64,000 nucleotides of DNA from Octopus vulgaris (taxonomy: Eukaryota). A program made the position numbers and the translations under genes. The stretch is from NCBI GenBank assembly GCA_951406725.2, contig OX597815.1, forward strand, positions 121,396,001 through 121,460,000, in the 5' to 3' direction. This document shows positions 35,750 to 47,689 of the stretch, one piece after another (position 1 is the first letter of the stretch; the number at the start of each line of letters is the position of its first letter). Under the pieces are notes generated by a model that worked only from the letters and a program-made list of their open reading frames with translations, made no database searches and was not told the DNA's origin.

Positions 35750-36883
35750 CACACATGTATTTAGAGGATTACAACTAAACACATATATTATCGAGCGTAT
35801 CACTCAGGCTTGCGAGGAAGGGATGGCCTCCCTTTGCAAATACTCCAAGGACACAGATATTGTGTCTAGAGCCAGCTAGAGACGAAGATCTCTTGGGGGC
35901 TATAAAGCCACAGTAACACCCCCTCCCCAATGTGGTTAGCCATGATAAGATGGCTTCTATACTTTACATTATCGAGCGATTACTGTTTCAATCTCATTCT
36001 GAGATTTAATTATACATATATTATCATTTATTACATTACATTCAATACGTCATACGTTATTCGTTTCGTTATCCATTATCTTTTCTTTCACATTTCAGAT
36101 ATAACGAAGACCCATTTTTATCATTGCTTCAATCTACGTAAATAAAGTGTTTGTTGAAAGTACAAAGAGATGTCAGACTTATTTATGACAAAAAAAAAAG
36201 GGTCTTCACTATACCTGAAATGTGAAGGATAAGATAAGATGACAGATAACGATACGAATAATGTATGGCGAATTGAATGTAATGTAAAAAATCATCATAT
36301 ATGTGTATTTAGTTGTAATCTTCTAGTATTCCTGATGTGCCATGCTCAGAGGCGTTGGACGATCACAGACGTCTACACACAGCAAGTTTCTGTAGCCAAC
36401 TGATAAGCTCATCGAAAATTCTTTTTGTCTGTCTGTCTATCAGCCTCTCCCCGCCTCTCTCTCTCTCTCTCTTTCTCTTTCTCTCTCGTTGCCAGGTTCT
36501 TCCTTTCGGTTATGTAGTTCTCCATCCAGTGTTCAAGGTTTTTTGTCTCCTCGTATAAAGTTTAATGAACTTAGCCTGTTGCTTCTTCTTTATTTTAAGT
36601 TTCTTGGTGCTTTATATTCGTCTCAGGACTTCACTGTTATTCTATCTGTATAAGATGTATTCAGTATTCAGTCAAGGAACCACATCTACTGCATCATTCA
36701 TGAGCCTTTACACTTGTTTTCCTTTCTTTCTTTTTCTTTCTCTTTCTTTCTTTTCTCTCTCTCTCTCTTTTTTTTTTTTTTTTTTGATGTTTGAATTCAC
36801 ACAGCCACTTGAAAATATATACGTTTGATCTCACAGACAGAACTTCGACCTAGCCAATCATTGACTTAATTAGGTATTTTTCC

Positions 36884-37097
36884 AAGGTGGCGAGCTGACA
36901 GAAACGTTAGCACGTCGGGCGAAATGCTTAGCAGTATTTCGTCTGTCTTTACGTTCTGAATTCAAATTCCTCCGAGGTCCACTTTGCCTTTCATCCTTTC
37001 GGGGTCGATAAATTAAGTACAAGTTGCATACTGGGGTCGATCTAATCGACTGGCCCCCTCCCCCAGAATTTCGGGCCTTGTGCCTCGAGTAGAAAAG
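36884..37097 (+). mobile_element. SINE family S2
   Basis: Full length, 16 bp TSD AATTAGGT(A/G)TTTTTCC at 36868-36883 and 37098-37113. Confidence 0.92.
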
Positions 37098-37481
37098 AAT
37101 TAGGTGTTTTTCCCATCTGATGTGACGATAATTCCTAAATATTGCAAGACAACGACTTGTCTCAAAGTTGCTCCAATAATTCATATGTTGCAAATTGATG
37201 GTATTTGATTTTTTTCCTTTTTTGGGTCTATCTTTTCACTCTTATCATTAATGTGCTAACTCATGATAACAGAACTTCTTCTGATATTGTCCTTCCTACA
37301 TGTATATATGTGTAGTGGATCTTGCATGCATGAAGTAGATTCGATCCACGATATCCAAATTTAAATTAACACTGCTACAGAACTTTTCCCACAGTGGAAC
37401 AATGGTTTTCCTGTGACAGCAGTTTTACATTCGCCAGATTGCTTTTAGCTAGGCCGAAATAATGTCTTCACCACTTGACCC

Positions 37482-38098
37482 TTATAACCTCTTCTACTTC
37501 ACCAAAAGTTAGATTAGAGATAACAAGACCACCAACTAAATCTAGTGTTCTCAGTAATATGTCTATCTTTCTGGATAGTTATAAAAACAAGAACACCCCA
37601 AGCAAAAATCAGTCACTTCGGTGACGACTCAATGAGTTAGCCACTACAGTGATAACTCAGTGAGAACGAAGTCTGACTGACCAGCTAGGGCCTTGGTCAG
37701 AGGGAGAACTGAAGTTTACTGTCAGCAACAGTGAGACAACGTCCCACAACTCTACAACTCTCACTAGCTCTAATTCTGTTCTCTTACAACATCATTCTAT
37801 CTCTCTAATTACTACTAAACAATGAAGAGAACACAAACACAAACTTCGCATGCTTTTGGATTTATCATAACCTGCCCGTCGAGGTAAGGTAATTGTAATG
37901 TAACGGTGAATAAACATTTCCTTAAAACTTCATGCATTGTTCATCTTTCACATCTTACAACTTGCCGTTATAACAACAAATTATTATCGTTTCAACTGCT
38001 GACCCCGACATTTCATATTATTGTGTACCTAATCAATCTTATCCGTTGGTAACTACACTAATTAAAACCTAACCGTTACAATTGGTGACCCTCGACTT
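37482..38098 (+). mobile_element. LTR with tRNA-Trp-like primer binding site
   Basis: Ends CCGTTACA (38080), then AT TGGTGACCCTCGAC (cf. TGGTGACCCCGAC); 37675-38035 matches 63045-63400; 5' boundary uncertain. Confidence 0.75.
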
Positions 38099-38128
38099 CA
38101 ACTAAAAACGTTATCATTACATATGTAT

Positions 38129-38205
<77 letters not shown>

Positions 38206-38221
38206 CGTGTGCGTCTGTGTG

Positions 38222-39246
38222 TGTAACAAATAAATTAGAGTAAGAAAAGTAACGGCTTTGTTTCATTGTTACAAAATAAGAAACAGCTTCGAGTTGTACA
38301 AAGTATTAGTTTTAGTCCAGTAGTCCATTTCGTAGATAGTTAAGTTTATCTGGGAGTGACAGCTAGAAGACGGTTGGAAGAAAGAAAGAGAAAGAGTAAA
38401 AGAATTTACCTCTCTGGACTGACAGGTAGACAGGTTAAAAGTTGTGTAGTTACGCACTGACGATTCATACCAAAGTGCCCCTTTTGTCCAAGGAGCCAAG
38501 CAAAAACTGTAGAACCGAATTTGGCCTAGATCGGGTTAAACAAAAGATTTTTCGTTTGTTATCTGCCTTGATCCAAGTTTGACTTGAAATAGTCACAGTT
38601 TAACAGCTGACTCGCATAAATCTTTTGTTAATATTGAAGAAAACTTTATACTGGGTTTCGAATCTTGGTTAAAAATCTAAGAAGCAATTCGGTACATCCC
38701 TCTTTCATTTAGTGAGTTTGTCGAAAAATGAAAGAAAGAAAATAACAACAATAGGAAAAAATTGCAGATTTGTGCATTATGCGACAATTAAACAATATTC
38801 TGAATTGTGAATGCCGAGTGTATAGGGTTCACAAGGCCAGAAAGATCGTAGGTATCAGGAGAGAGAATGAGGCGATGTATGCGGGAGAGTAGGTACTTAT
38901 TTCAGTGGGTCCCAATAGAGTACAATGCCACTTGTGTCAGAACTTGCAATCTGAGCTTCGTGCAGTCTCGGTTTAGGGGCAATGTTGAATGAGCGTGCGC
39001 GTGATTCAGTAGCATCCTTTCGTTCTGAGCAGCAATTGGAATTAATTAGAATGGAGTGTGGAAAACCATCGGGACCGCAATCCACTGTTCCTGAAATTGA
39101 AATCCTCAACGATGAATCAATCTTGGAGGAATCCTAGAATAACACCAAATTAGCTGAATCACGAGACAAGATTCTTCAGTGGTTGGCATGGCGTTATGAA
39201 TTTATACACGTGCGAAAATTGTAATTCACCATGTTACCTTACTACA
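38222..39246. mobile_element. LTR-like repeat; part recurs at 47135-47280
   Basis: TGTAAC...ACTACA bounds; shared AGTTGTACAAAG...AAGAATTTACCTCTCTGG block. Confidence 0.45.
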
Positions 39247-39415
39247 GATAACTCACACTTACCGGATCTTTTCGGTTTGAACGGCAGTTTTTAACATAAT
39301 TTCTAGGTAACTAAAAAATTTTAAACTTCGTATACTGGTAGAATGTATTTATAAAACATCTTTTTCTCTTTGCTTTATTGAGAAAATTCTATAGCTTGTA
39401 AGATATTTGTTGTTG
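39245..39415 (-). repeat. Perfect 171 bp inverted duplicate of 39859-40029
   Basis: Base-by-base comparison by eye found no mismatch. Confidence 0.9.
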
Positions 39416-39564
39416 ACTTGCCTTTTTTTTACTAGTTATCTCCCCCTTAAATTTTATTTACTTTTTTAATATCCCTAAGCTGAACAATTATCACATGCTG
39501 GTGTGTTGAGACAGGTAAACTTTATATATACTGTGATCAAACTGAGGTCGCATGGAGGTAAATG

Positions 39565-40010
39565 GGATCTTTTCGGTTTGAACGGCAGTTTTTTTTTTTT
39601 AGCTGTGTCATATGAAATTGTCACCCATAGTTATGACCCTAGTATCGATCTATTGCATTTCATTCTGTTTTAGGGTTAGGGTTAGTTAGGGTTAGGGTTA
39701 GGGTTAGGGGTGGGGGAAGGGTTAGGGATTTTTTTTCTTCACAAATGTAAATAAACCCAATTTGTTTCTTAAACGAGGGAATATTCATACGGCACAGAAT
39801 GTTTTTACCTCAATAGACGTCAGTGATTGGTTGAAATTGCAGAAATTGAAGAAAAAAACAACAACAAATATCTTACAAGCTATAGAATTTTCTCAATAAA
39901 GCAAAGAGAAAAAGATGTTTTATAAATACATTCTACCAGTATACGAAGTTTAAAATTTTTTAGTTACCTAGAAATTATGTTAAAAACTGCCGTTCAAACC
40001 GAAAAGATCC
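39565..40010 (+). mobile_element. MITE with TIRs and internal TTAGGG array (same family as 14415)
   Basis: GGATCTTTTCGGTTTGAACGGCAGTTTTT / AAAAACTGCCGTTCAAACCGAAAAGATCC; TTAGGG repeats 39670-39727. Confidence 0.9.
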
Positions 40011-41073
40011 GGTAAGTGTGAGTTATCTGGAAGCAAGGGCGCAGAAAGTATGGTCTATGTTACATAATTCAAAAAGACATCCGACGTGCGCTGAGTCGGG
40101 AAAAGAGAGCTAAGTAGACAGAGATACGGAAACAAATCAATGAAAGCATGAATATTAGGGTGCATGTGTATAGCTAGATGTAGGCATGCGTGTATGCATG
40201 TATTTATGTATGAACATTGCTTTTTTTAAAAATATAGAATAGCGCAGCAAGGATTAATTAACCCTGCGAAAAATTGCAAATATTTACGAGAAAACATGTA
40301 ACGAAATCCGTGCAAAATGAACAGAGTACGATACGTGTGCATGAAAAATATGCTATGCAAGCTGCCAGAGAAAATGAGACATCATAAAGAAATGTATGCA
40401 CGTGAATTACTCGTTTTCGCAGAATGAATGCCGCTTTAAAATTGAACATAATTGTGTTGTTGGGTAACGAACGTGCCATCATGTAAACAAATAAAAGTTT
40501 GTGTGACGGAAATTATAATTAACAGAACGAAATGAAAAGTAAACAAAAGAAGGAAATAAGGAACGACAAATTTGAATAGATGGAGTGTTCAATGCTTCTC
40601 ATGTGAAACAAAAATCAAGCATGTGTCAAGAAAGAGATTTTTGAGAGTCTATAAGATTCTATTCGCAGAAGGGTCCGTGTAGAATTGTGGAGAAAATTAA
40701 AGATCTGAACTTCGGGACTCGGCTGTCGAAAATGTCGCTTGCAGGTCTCCATAGTTTCTGCTGCGATGTACTTCTGTACAAGACAGGTATTTGTTGGTGC
40801 AGATTCTAAGTGTGGGTTCAAGGGAGATGTAGGCTTGCAGAAATGCAGTCTGGTCGTTCTGCGAGGTGCATCGCTATCGGCCGCATTTTTCAATTTTTAA
40901 TTTTTTTTCGTTGGTAGAACATGTATTGTCGCCTGCTGGAAGCTGAACTCCGGAATTTCGATGAGTAACTGCATTTTTTTTTCCTTACTGATTCACGGAT
41001 TGTAGCCTTGTAGAGACTGTTACAGCAAGTAAAAGGATGCATATACATTTCTTCACGGCAGGATTTAAGGCGA

Positions 41074-41179
41074 AGGTAAAGAATACGCACACTTGGTGTT
41101 TAGGGTTAGGTTCAGGGTTGGGGTTAGGGTTTAGGGTTAGGGTTACGCCGAAAACAGGTGGTGTGCGTATTCTTTACCT
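41074..41179. mobile_element. 106 bp element: 19 bp perfect inverted repeats around degenerate TTAGGG repeats
   Basis: AGGTAAAGAATACGCACAC / GTGTGCGTATTCTTTACCT. Confidence 0.75.
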
Positions 41180-41770
41180 CCACCAGAATTTAATAGGTTA
41201 AAGACTACGGAGTCACGGGGAATGTACTAGAGATATTTTGCTGAAACATGCAGTTCAAACGTCGGGTCCAGTAGTTCAGTTCCCGTCTCCAATCGCTGGA
41301 AGCTGCAGTGATCTCTTATGAATGCAATATTTGGTAGAGAAGGCTGCCGTTCTTGAGTCAGAAGATCACCAAGTATGTAACAATGATATACAGCGAATAA
41401 ATGAACCGAAGAAAAATAATAATAATTGCTATGGCTTTCATTTTATCATTACAATGGTATGTAGCGAGACCAATTTCTATTATGCTGAAACATATTGGAG
41501 TCGACTAGCCTTTTATAGGCTCACCGTGTTGATCTGTAATAATTGGTCGTCTTGCCTATCATGTGAGTTTGGAACATTAGTTGAGCTCTGTACTTTGATT
41601 GGTCGAAGATCCAATCACGTTGTGTGTACTACATTCTCAAACAGCTAATCTGAATCTGCGAGGGGTTAGCGATTGTCATGAAGGCAAGTCATGTTATTTA
41701 CCTACCGTTATAATGAAGCACGTGCGACCAACGACGGCCTGAACTGAATTATCCAAACGATAGATGAACT

Positions 41771-43055
41771 TGTAGCAATCATGTTCGCTCTTGACCTTTA
41801 AATATCCCAATTTGCCTCTTTACTTTTAGGTACCTATTTTAGCTTATCATGTGATGGTCGCGTCCATTTAGCTTTATGCAGGGCGCCCACCAATTAATGT
41901 GATAGACTAACCAAGCGCGCCAACATCAACTATTTAGAGGAAGCTATTCCCGCTAATTCCTCAGTGTGGTGGGTCGTCAGAAGGGGCACATGGAAAAGGA
42001 GTTCCCCCAAAGCACACCTGAACCAAGAATGGAGGAAGAGATCCCGTCAGAGAAAAGCGGAGTAGAACCAACAGAGGCCAAGGGAGAGTTCCCCCAAGTT
42101 ACCAGCAAAAGAGGTAAGGGTAACTCGTCCCCGAAAGCTTCCAAAAAGAGGAGGAAAATACCCCAAACATAGCAGAGACAGGAAGCGACACAACACAGCA
42201 AAGCAACAGAGAGACTCCCAGCGTGCAGAAAAAGAAAGAAGAGCAGACCACTGAATGGAAAGAAAAAAACATATAATATTGTATATATCAAATGAAGCGA
42301 TTGAGAGAACCATAGAAAGATTTAAAATCGAAATTAGAGTGAAGCTACCTGGGTCCAAAGATAAATCCATCTTGGTTGACACAAAGAAGTTTGATTTTTT
42401 TGAAAAAATATCATGGAGAAATTTTACATTTTACCCCAGAGAGGGTGAAGTATAAATATTTGCCCCTAGTGGTAAAATATGAGGATATAAACTTGGCTAT
42501 GATAACATGGATTTCAGACTGATATCATTAATTGAATTGTAAAGAACAGTAAACGCGATTGCTTGAGAGTGGGGCTCAAGCAAGGACGTCCATTCTCATT
42601 TTTGTACGTTTCTCATTTTTTCATTCATTGTTGTATGTTTTATGTCCCCACTCGTACCGTTTTGTCTGTCCTTGCATCGTCGTTCTCTGTATTTTGGAGC
42701 CTCGTGTCTAATAAAGAATCAGTTTGGTGGGTCGTCACGAACGAGTTCGGATCGTTGGATTGTGAGCAGTTTTATTCCGCTTTGCAGCTTCAGTGAAGAG
42801 AGAATTGTCAGGAGATTTTCTTGTCGTCATGCTTTGTGTTATTCCCGCGCACATTAACATGATCCTATGTATTTTGATTAGCAAAAGAATCCATGTATAC
42901 CAGTTGCTGTATTTTCTTTTAGCGGCGAAATAAATGTGGCAGTCAAATTTAACTTGTCTTCGTATTTCTTAATGTTCTTTATACTGACTCTTATTAAACC
43001 CGAAGATATAATATTACCAGGGCTTTAGCCATACACTCTTTTTCACAACGCTAAA
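41771..43055 (+). mobile_element. Solo LTR nested in the Gypsy 5' LTR
   Basis: TGTAGC...GCTAAA, 4 bp TSD AACT; homologous to 47983-48522. Confidence 0.75.
41980..42726 (+). mobile_element. Internally deleted non-LTR element (Tx1/L1-like) nested in the solo LTR
   Basis: Flanked by the direct repeat TGGTGGGTCGTCA; ORF1-like charged fragments; 3' end AATAAAGAATCAGT. Confidence 0.5.
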
Positions 43056-43224
43056 AACTATACAACTACCAGAATCCATGATGTGTTTATTTTGTCCACT
43101 GAATTATTTAACGAAAGAATACAGTCTCGCTGTTATTTTCTTGTGTTATTTCCTCGGGTAAACACGCAACAAGTAGTTTCTCGTAGGTAAAATTAGAGGG
43201 GCTGCTGCTTCAGAAAATGTTTAG

Positions 43225-43667
43225 CCGTTTTAATATTGTGTAAAAGGAAAGAAACATACACAAAGAATATTTATACATAAACTTGATCGGTTCGTGTTTT
43301 AGCCACTGCCGAGTACTGAGTTTAATTTGTTCACTTAACACTGCCGCGAATTCCCCCTTGTTTTTCAAAAGTCTCCTGTAAATCACAAAATAAGTGGGGA
43401 AAATCTGCCCTATTTTTCAAATCCTGGCAGCAACACTGAAGCTGGAAGCAGGATAATAATCTAATTCTACACTTTATCACATTGAAGAATATAAATACGT
43501 TTTTAAGCACAACACACGCGAAGTAAAAAAAAAAACACAGTGCTCTCTCTCCCTTGTGTGAAGCTTCCTATCTCGGACATGTGAGCATGCGCACAACAGC
43601 CAATCACCGCATCGCTGGAACTGTGAAGCGCACAGTTTTAGTCAAGGATTCTTGTATCTTTTTCATG
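43225..43667 (+). repeat. ~450 bp interspersed repeat, second copy 51828-52281
   Basis: Long near-identical blocks, e.g. TTTAATTTGTTCACTTAACACTGCCGCGAATTCCCCTTG. Confidence 0.85.
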
Positions 43668-44329
43668 AAGTAGCGGATGGCTACTGACATTAAGCTTAAG
43701 GATTATATAATATACAAATATTAAGAAAGAATTAAAGAAAGAAGGACTCATTATATTGAATGTTATCGATAGTACCGAGTGGAAATAGGAGATGCTGCAG
43801 TTCCTATACACGAGCTGCCACTACACGCAACAGTTGTTATATAATGGTGTGCAAGATTCCGTAGTAAAACCAAGGGAGACGTTATGCCAACACTGCTAAA
43901 ACTGGTTACCCTGAACAAATGAACATTGAACGAGCATATCAACCGATTACTTGGCTCGACAGCCATCTTACATAAGGATAGAGTGCCGTATAAAGAGTGA
44001 AGTTCAAATACATTTTCCATGGGCGGACTTTCTGGAAATCCTGAGATTTCGCTGTTGCCGAAACTGCTATTTCAAGCCAAACGAAGTGACGCTTTGAAGT
44101 CCACAACAGTAGCAGGAGGCGGTAATACCTGAACGTTGGAGACTCGCGCACTCAAAATAATTGAAAGTATAAAATCTGCTGTAAAAGTTCTGTATTTAAA
44201 TTCCTCCTTGGAAGTATTGCCGCCTCCTGCTACTATTGTGGACTTCAAAGCGTCACATCGTTTGGCTTGAAATAGCAGTTAAATCTGCCAGCAGGACATT
44301 TCGAGTCGAGTATTTGCCAGTTCTTCTTC

Positions 44330-44860
44330 GGTTCCTTCCATTCCTTCTGACATGCTTGCTACCATCCCAATGCAGGCACCTGTATCCTTTGTTTTCCTAC
44401 TATTCACAGGAGATCCGGCTATTTGATTTTCTCAGCTTGAAGCTAATTTTGCGGCTAACAGCATTACTTCCGACACTAGACAATTTCACTGGTTAGTTAC
44501 CGTATTACCACCTGCCTTAAGTGGTAAGGATAATGACTACACCACAGCTTATGCGCACCAGCCATCATATCTATATATGAAGACAGAAATTCTGAGGCGC
44601 ACCGCCACATCGAAGCAAAAACGATTTCATCAGCTCCTTCATAAAGAAATTTTAGGGAATAAACACCCGTCACAATTACTTCGACGTATGCGTGATTTAG
44701 CAAGGAGTGATCCTTTGGACGAAGACATATTACAGCAACTTTTCTTTCTTGCCTTCCCACTAATGTGCAAGCAATTTTCACTACTGTAAGGGAACATAGT
44801 TCCATTCAATAGCTTACAGACTTTGCTGATGATATAATCGACATCTCTGCTTCGACTTCA
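44330..44860 (+). pseudogene. Gypsy gag remnant
   Basis: FSQLEANFA...IT; EILRRT...QLLHKEILGNKHPSQLLRRMRDLA. Confidence 0.8.
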
Positions 44861-45329
44861 AGTGGTACAGAAAATTTGTTCTGTAGTCGAAACCAGGAAA
44901 ATATTTGACATTTGGATTTCATTTTACACTCACTGTTGATATTCAGTATATCAATGGCACTGATAATTCTGCAGCTGATACCTTATCTCGCGTACATATT
45001 AATGCTTTACATGCTCCAAATTCCATTGCTTTGCAGCAAAATGAATTTTTAGCATCTTCAATAGTTGGATTCACCTTCTTTAGACCTCCGTCTACTATCA
45101 CTACATTCTACAGATTCTTCTATTTCGTGTAATGTTTCTACCAGTTTTTCTAGACCTTACGTTCCTAAGTTTCATAAACGAACAGTTTTTTTTCGGTTCT
45201 TCATAATCTATCTCATCCCGCTTTTTCGGCAACAGCGAAATTAATTTCCAGTCGCTTCGTGTGTCCCTGTATGCAAAAAGACATTCGTAATTGGACACGC
45301 ACTTGTATATCGAGCCAGAAAGTTCAACG

Positions 45330-46120
45330 CCACTTTTGCTACTCCAGACGCGCGTTTTAAACATATTCACATAGATATTGTGGGTCCCTTACCACCAGTT
45401 CAAGATAATATATATTTGTTGACGTATACAGATCGTTTTTCGAGATGGCCTGAAGCCATACCCATCAAGAACATTTCCTCTCGCACGATTGCAAAGGCTC
45501 TTGTGACTGGGTAGATTTCACATTCTGGAGCTCCCCTCGCTATAACTACTGATAGAGATCGACAATTTCATTTAAATCTCTTTGTTGAACTTTTAAACTT
45601 GCAGGGTACTCGACAGATCCATACCACTACATACCACCCATGTCTAACGAGATGAAAGAGCGTTTGCATCGTCAATTTAAAGCAACGGCAAGTGCTTATT
45701 CCGAGTCAGATGTTTAGTTAGAAGTATTACCAATTGTTTTATTGGCTCTTCGATTGGTTGTCAAGGACGACCTAGGTTTTCCACTGGCGAAATTACTTTA
45801 TATTTCGTGGTGAGATGATCACAGACACAAATGCAGCTAACCGAAATTTCGATCCAGCAGGTTATGTTCATCGATTGCGAAAATACATGATGGAATTACC
45901 CCTGTTGGTAACCAGATCACAATCAATCAAGTTTTTGTTTCACCGGATATTCATAAATGGACTCTTGTCTTCATACGTAACGACGTAGTCAAGCACCCAC
46001 TACAGCAGTCTAATACCGGTCTGTATCGAGTGTTAAAGGTAAAACTCAAATTCATGGTTTTAGACATTCAAGGGAAACATCAAACTATTAGCATAGATCG
46101 CGTGAAACAGGCTTTTATTG
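45330..46120 (+). pseudogene. Gypsy integrase remnant
   Basis: RFKHIHIDIVGPLP...DRFSRWPEAIP...ITTDRDRQF...TTTYHP...ERLHRQFKA; GPY-like region near 46015. Confidence 0.9.
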
Positions 46121-47689
46121 ATTCAGTTTCAGAGCAACAGCACCCCCACTTCTCCACCCATACCTACATCTATGTATCCTATGCACACCTCTGACACATC
46201 TAGTCATACACCAGTTATTATAGCCCCGCCAGCTAATGTTACCAACAGCGGTAGAAAAGTCCATTGGCCAGTTTGATATGCTCATACATACTATTTTTGA
46301 TTACTTTATGAATTCTAAAGACTTACATGCTGAACTGTCTTACATTGATTTATCTTTCCAGTTTTACGAACTTTCCTTTCTGCTTGTTCTTGCACCATTT
46401 AGTGTTTGCGAACTCTAATTATTGACAAGGTTGTTCTTATTTTTCCCCCTTGTATTCATTTTTGTACGTTCTTTGGTTATTACACTTATTGTAAATTTTA
46501 CTGAACTATTTGTATTTCGTGTTTTTCTCTCGCGAAAATCTCATGGTCCCAAAGTAAAATAGCGAGACCTATTTCTATTATGGCATACAGGAGTCCACTA
46601 GTCTTTTATAAGCTCACCATGTTAATCTTTAATGATTGGTCGTCTTACCAATCATATGAGTTTGGAACATTGGTTGAATCCTGTGCTTTGATTGGTCGAT
46701 TATTGCGCGGGACATGGATCGAAAATCCAATCACATCATGCGTACTACGTTCTCAAACAACGAATCTGAATCTGCACTGGAATCTACCTCTGTCTATATA
46801 TAGGTTTGACAAAGCATCTATGACAGAGGGGTGAGCGATTTTCATGAAGACGAGTCATGCTATTTTCTTGCCGTTATAATGAAGCACATTTAACGAACGA
46901 CAGCCAGACCAGAATTATCCAAAAGATAGATGAACTATTCAACCACCATAATCCATGATGTGTTTGTTTTGTCCGCTGTATTATTTAAGGTAGGAATAAA
47001 GTCTCGTTGTTATTTTTAAAAAGTTTGTTTCTTGTATTATTTCACGAGTAAACACGCAACAGATGTTAAAGAATGATATGTAAGATTCCGTAGTAAAACC
47101 AAGAGAGACTTTGTACCAACACCTAAAGTACGATACAGCTTTTTCAAGTTGTACAAAGATTAGTTTTAGTTCTGTACTCCATTTTGTAGGTAGGTAAGTT
47201 CATTTATGAGTGACTGCAAGAAGATAGACAGAAAAAGGAGAGAGAAAAAGTAAAAGAATTTACCTCTCTGGGTTGACAAGCAGAGATCGCGAGTGCAACA
47301 CCCTAATCACTAAGCATGTGTGTATGTATGTGTGTGTGTGTGCGTGTGTGCGTGCGTGTGTGTGTGCGTGCGTGTAATGTGAGGACGCATAATAGTTGAG
47401 AGGATAAATGAGGTCATCATAAAGAAACATCTGTGGATTATAGTGATAAACATTTGTACAATACGAATACCAATCTCTCAGTGTCCGTGATTAGTACTTT
47501 GTGACAGGTCAAAGCAAGATGACTAATAATCACCGGAAACTGTAGGTTTTACATCCGCGTCCTTCTAGAAGGATGCTGTGATAACAGCTGGGGGGGGGGG
47601 GGGGGTCCCTCACTTACTGCGCACCCTGGCACCAACCAAGGGTATTTCTTCGCTCCGCGCGCAGATGGAATGTCATTAAATATGATAGC

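Larger units (their letters stand above)
41460..47061 (+). mobile_element. Decayed Gypsy LTR retrotransposon (5' LTR 41460-41770 + 43060-43171; 3' LTR ~46558-47061)
   Basis: Both LTRs begin TAGCGAGACC and end AAACACGCAACA; gag and integrase remnants lie between; RT largely deleted. Confidence 0.85.

Noticed and set aside
39670-39727. TTAGGG run as a telomere or chromosome fusion site
   Set aside because: Short, single orientation and internal to a MITE.
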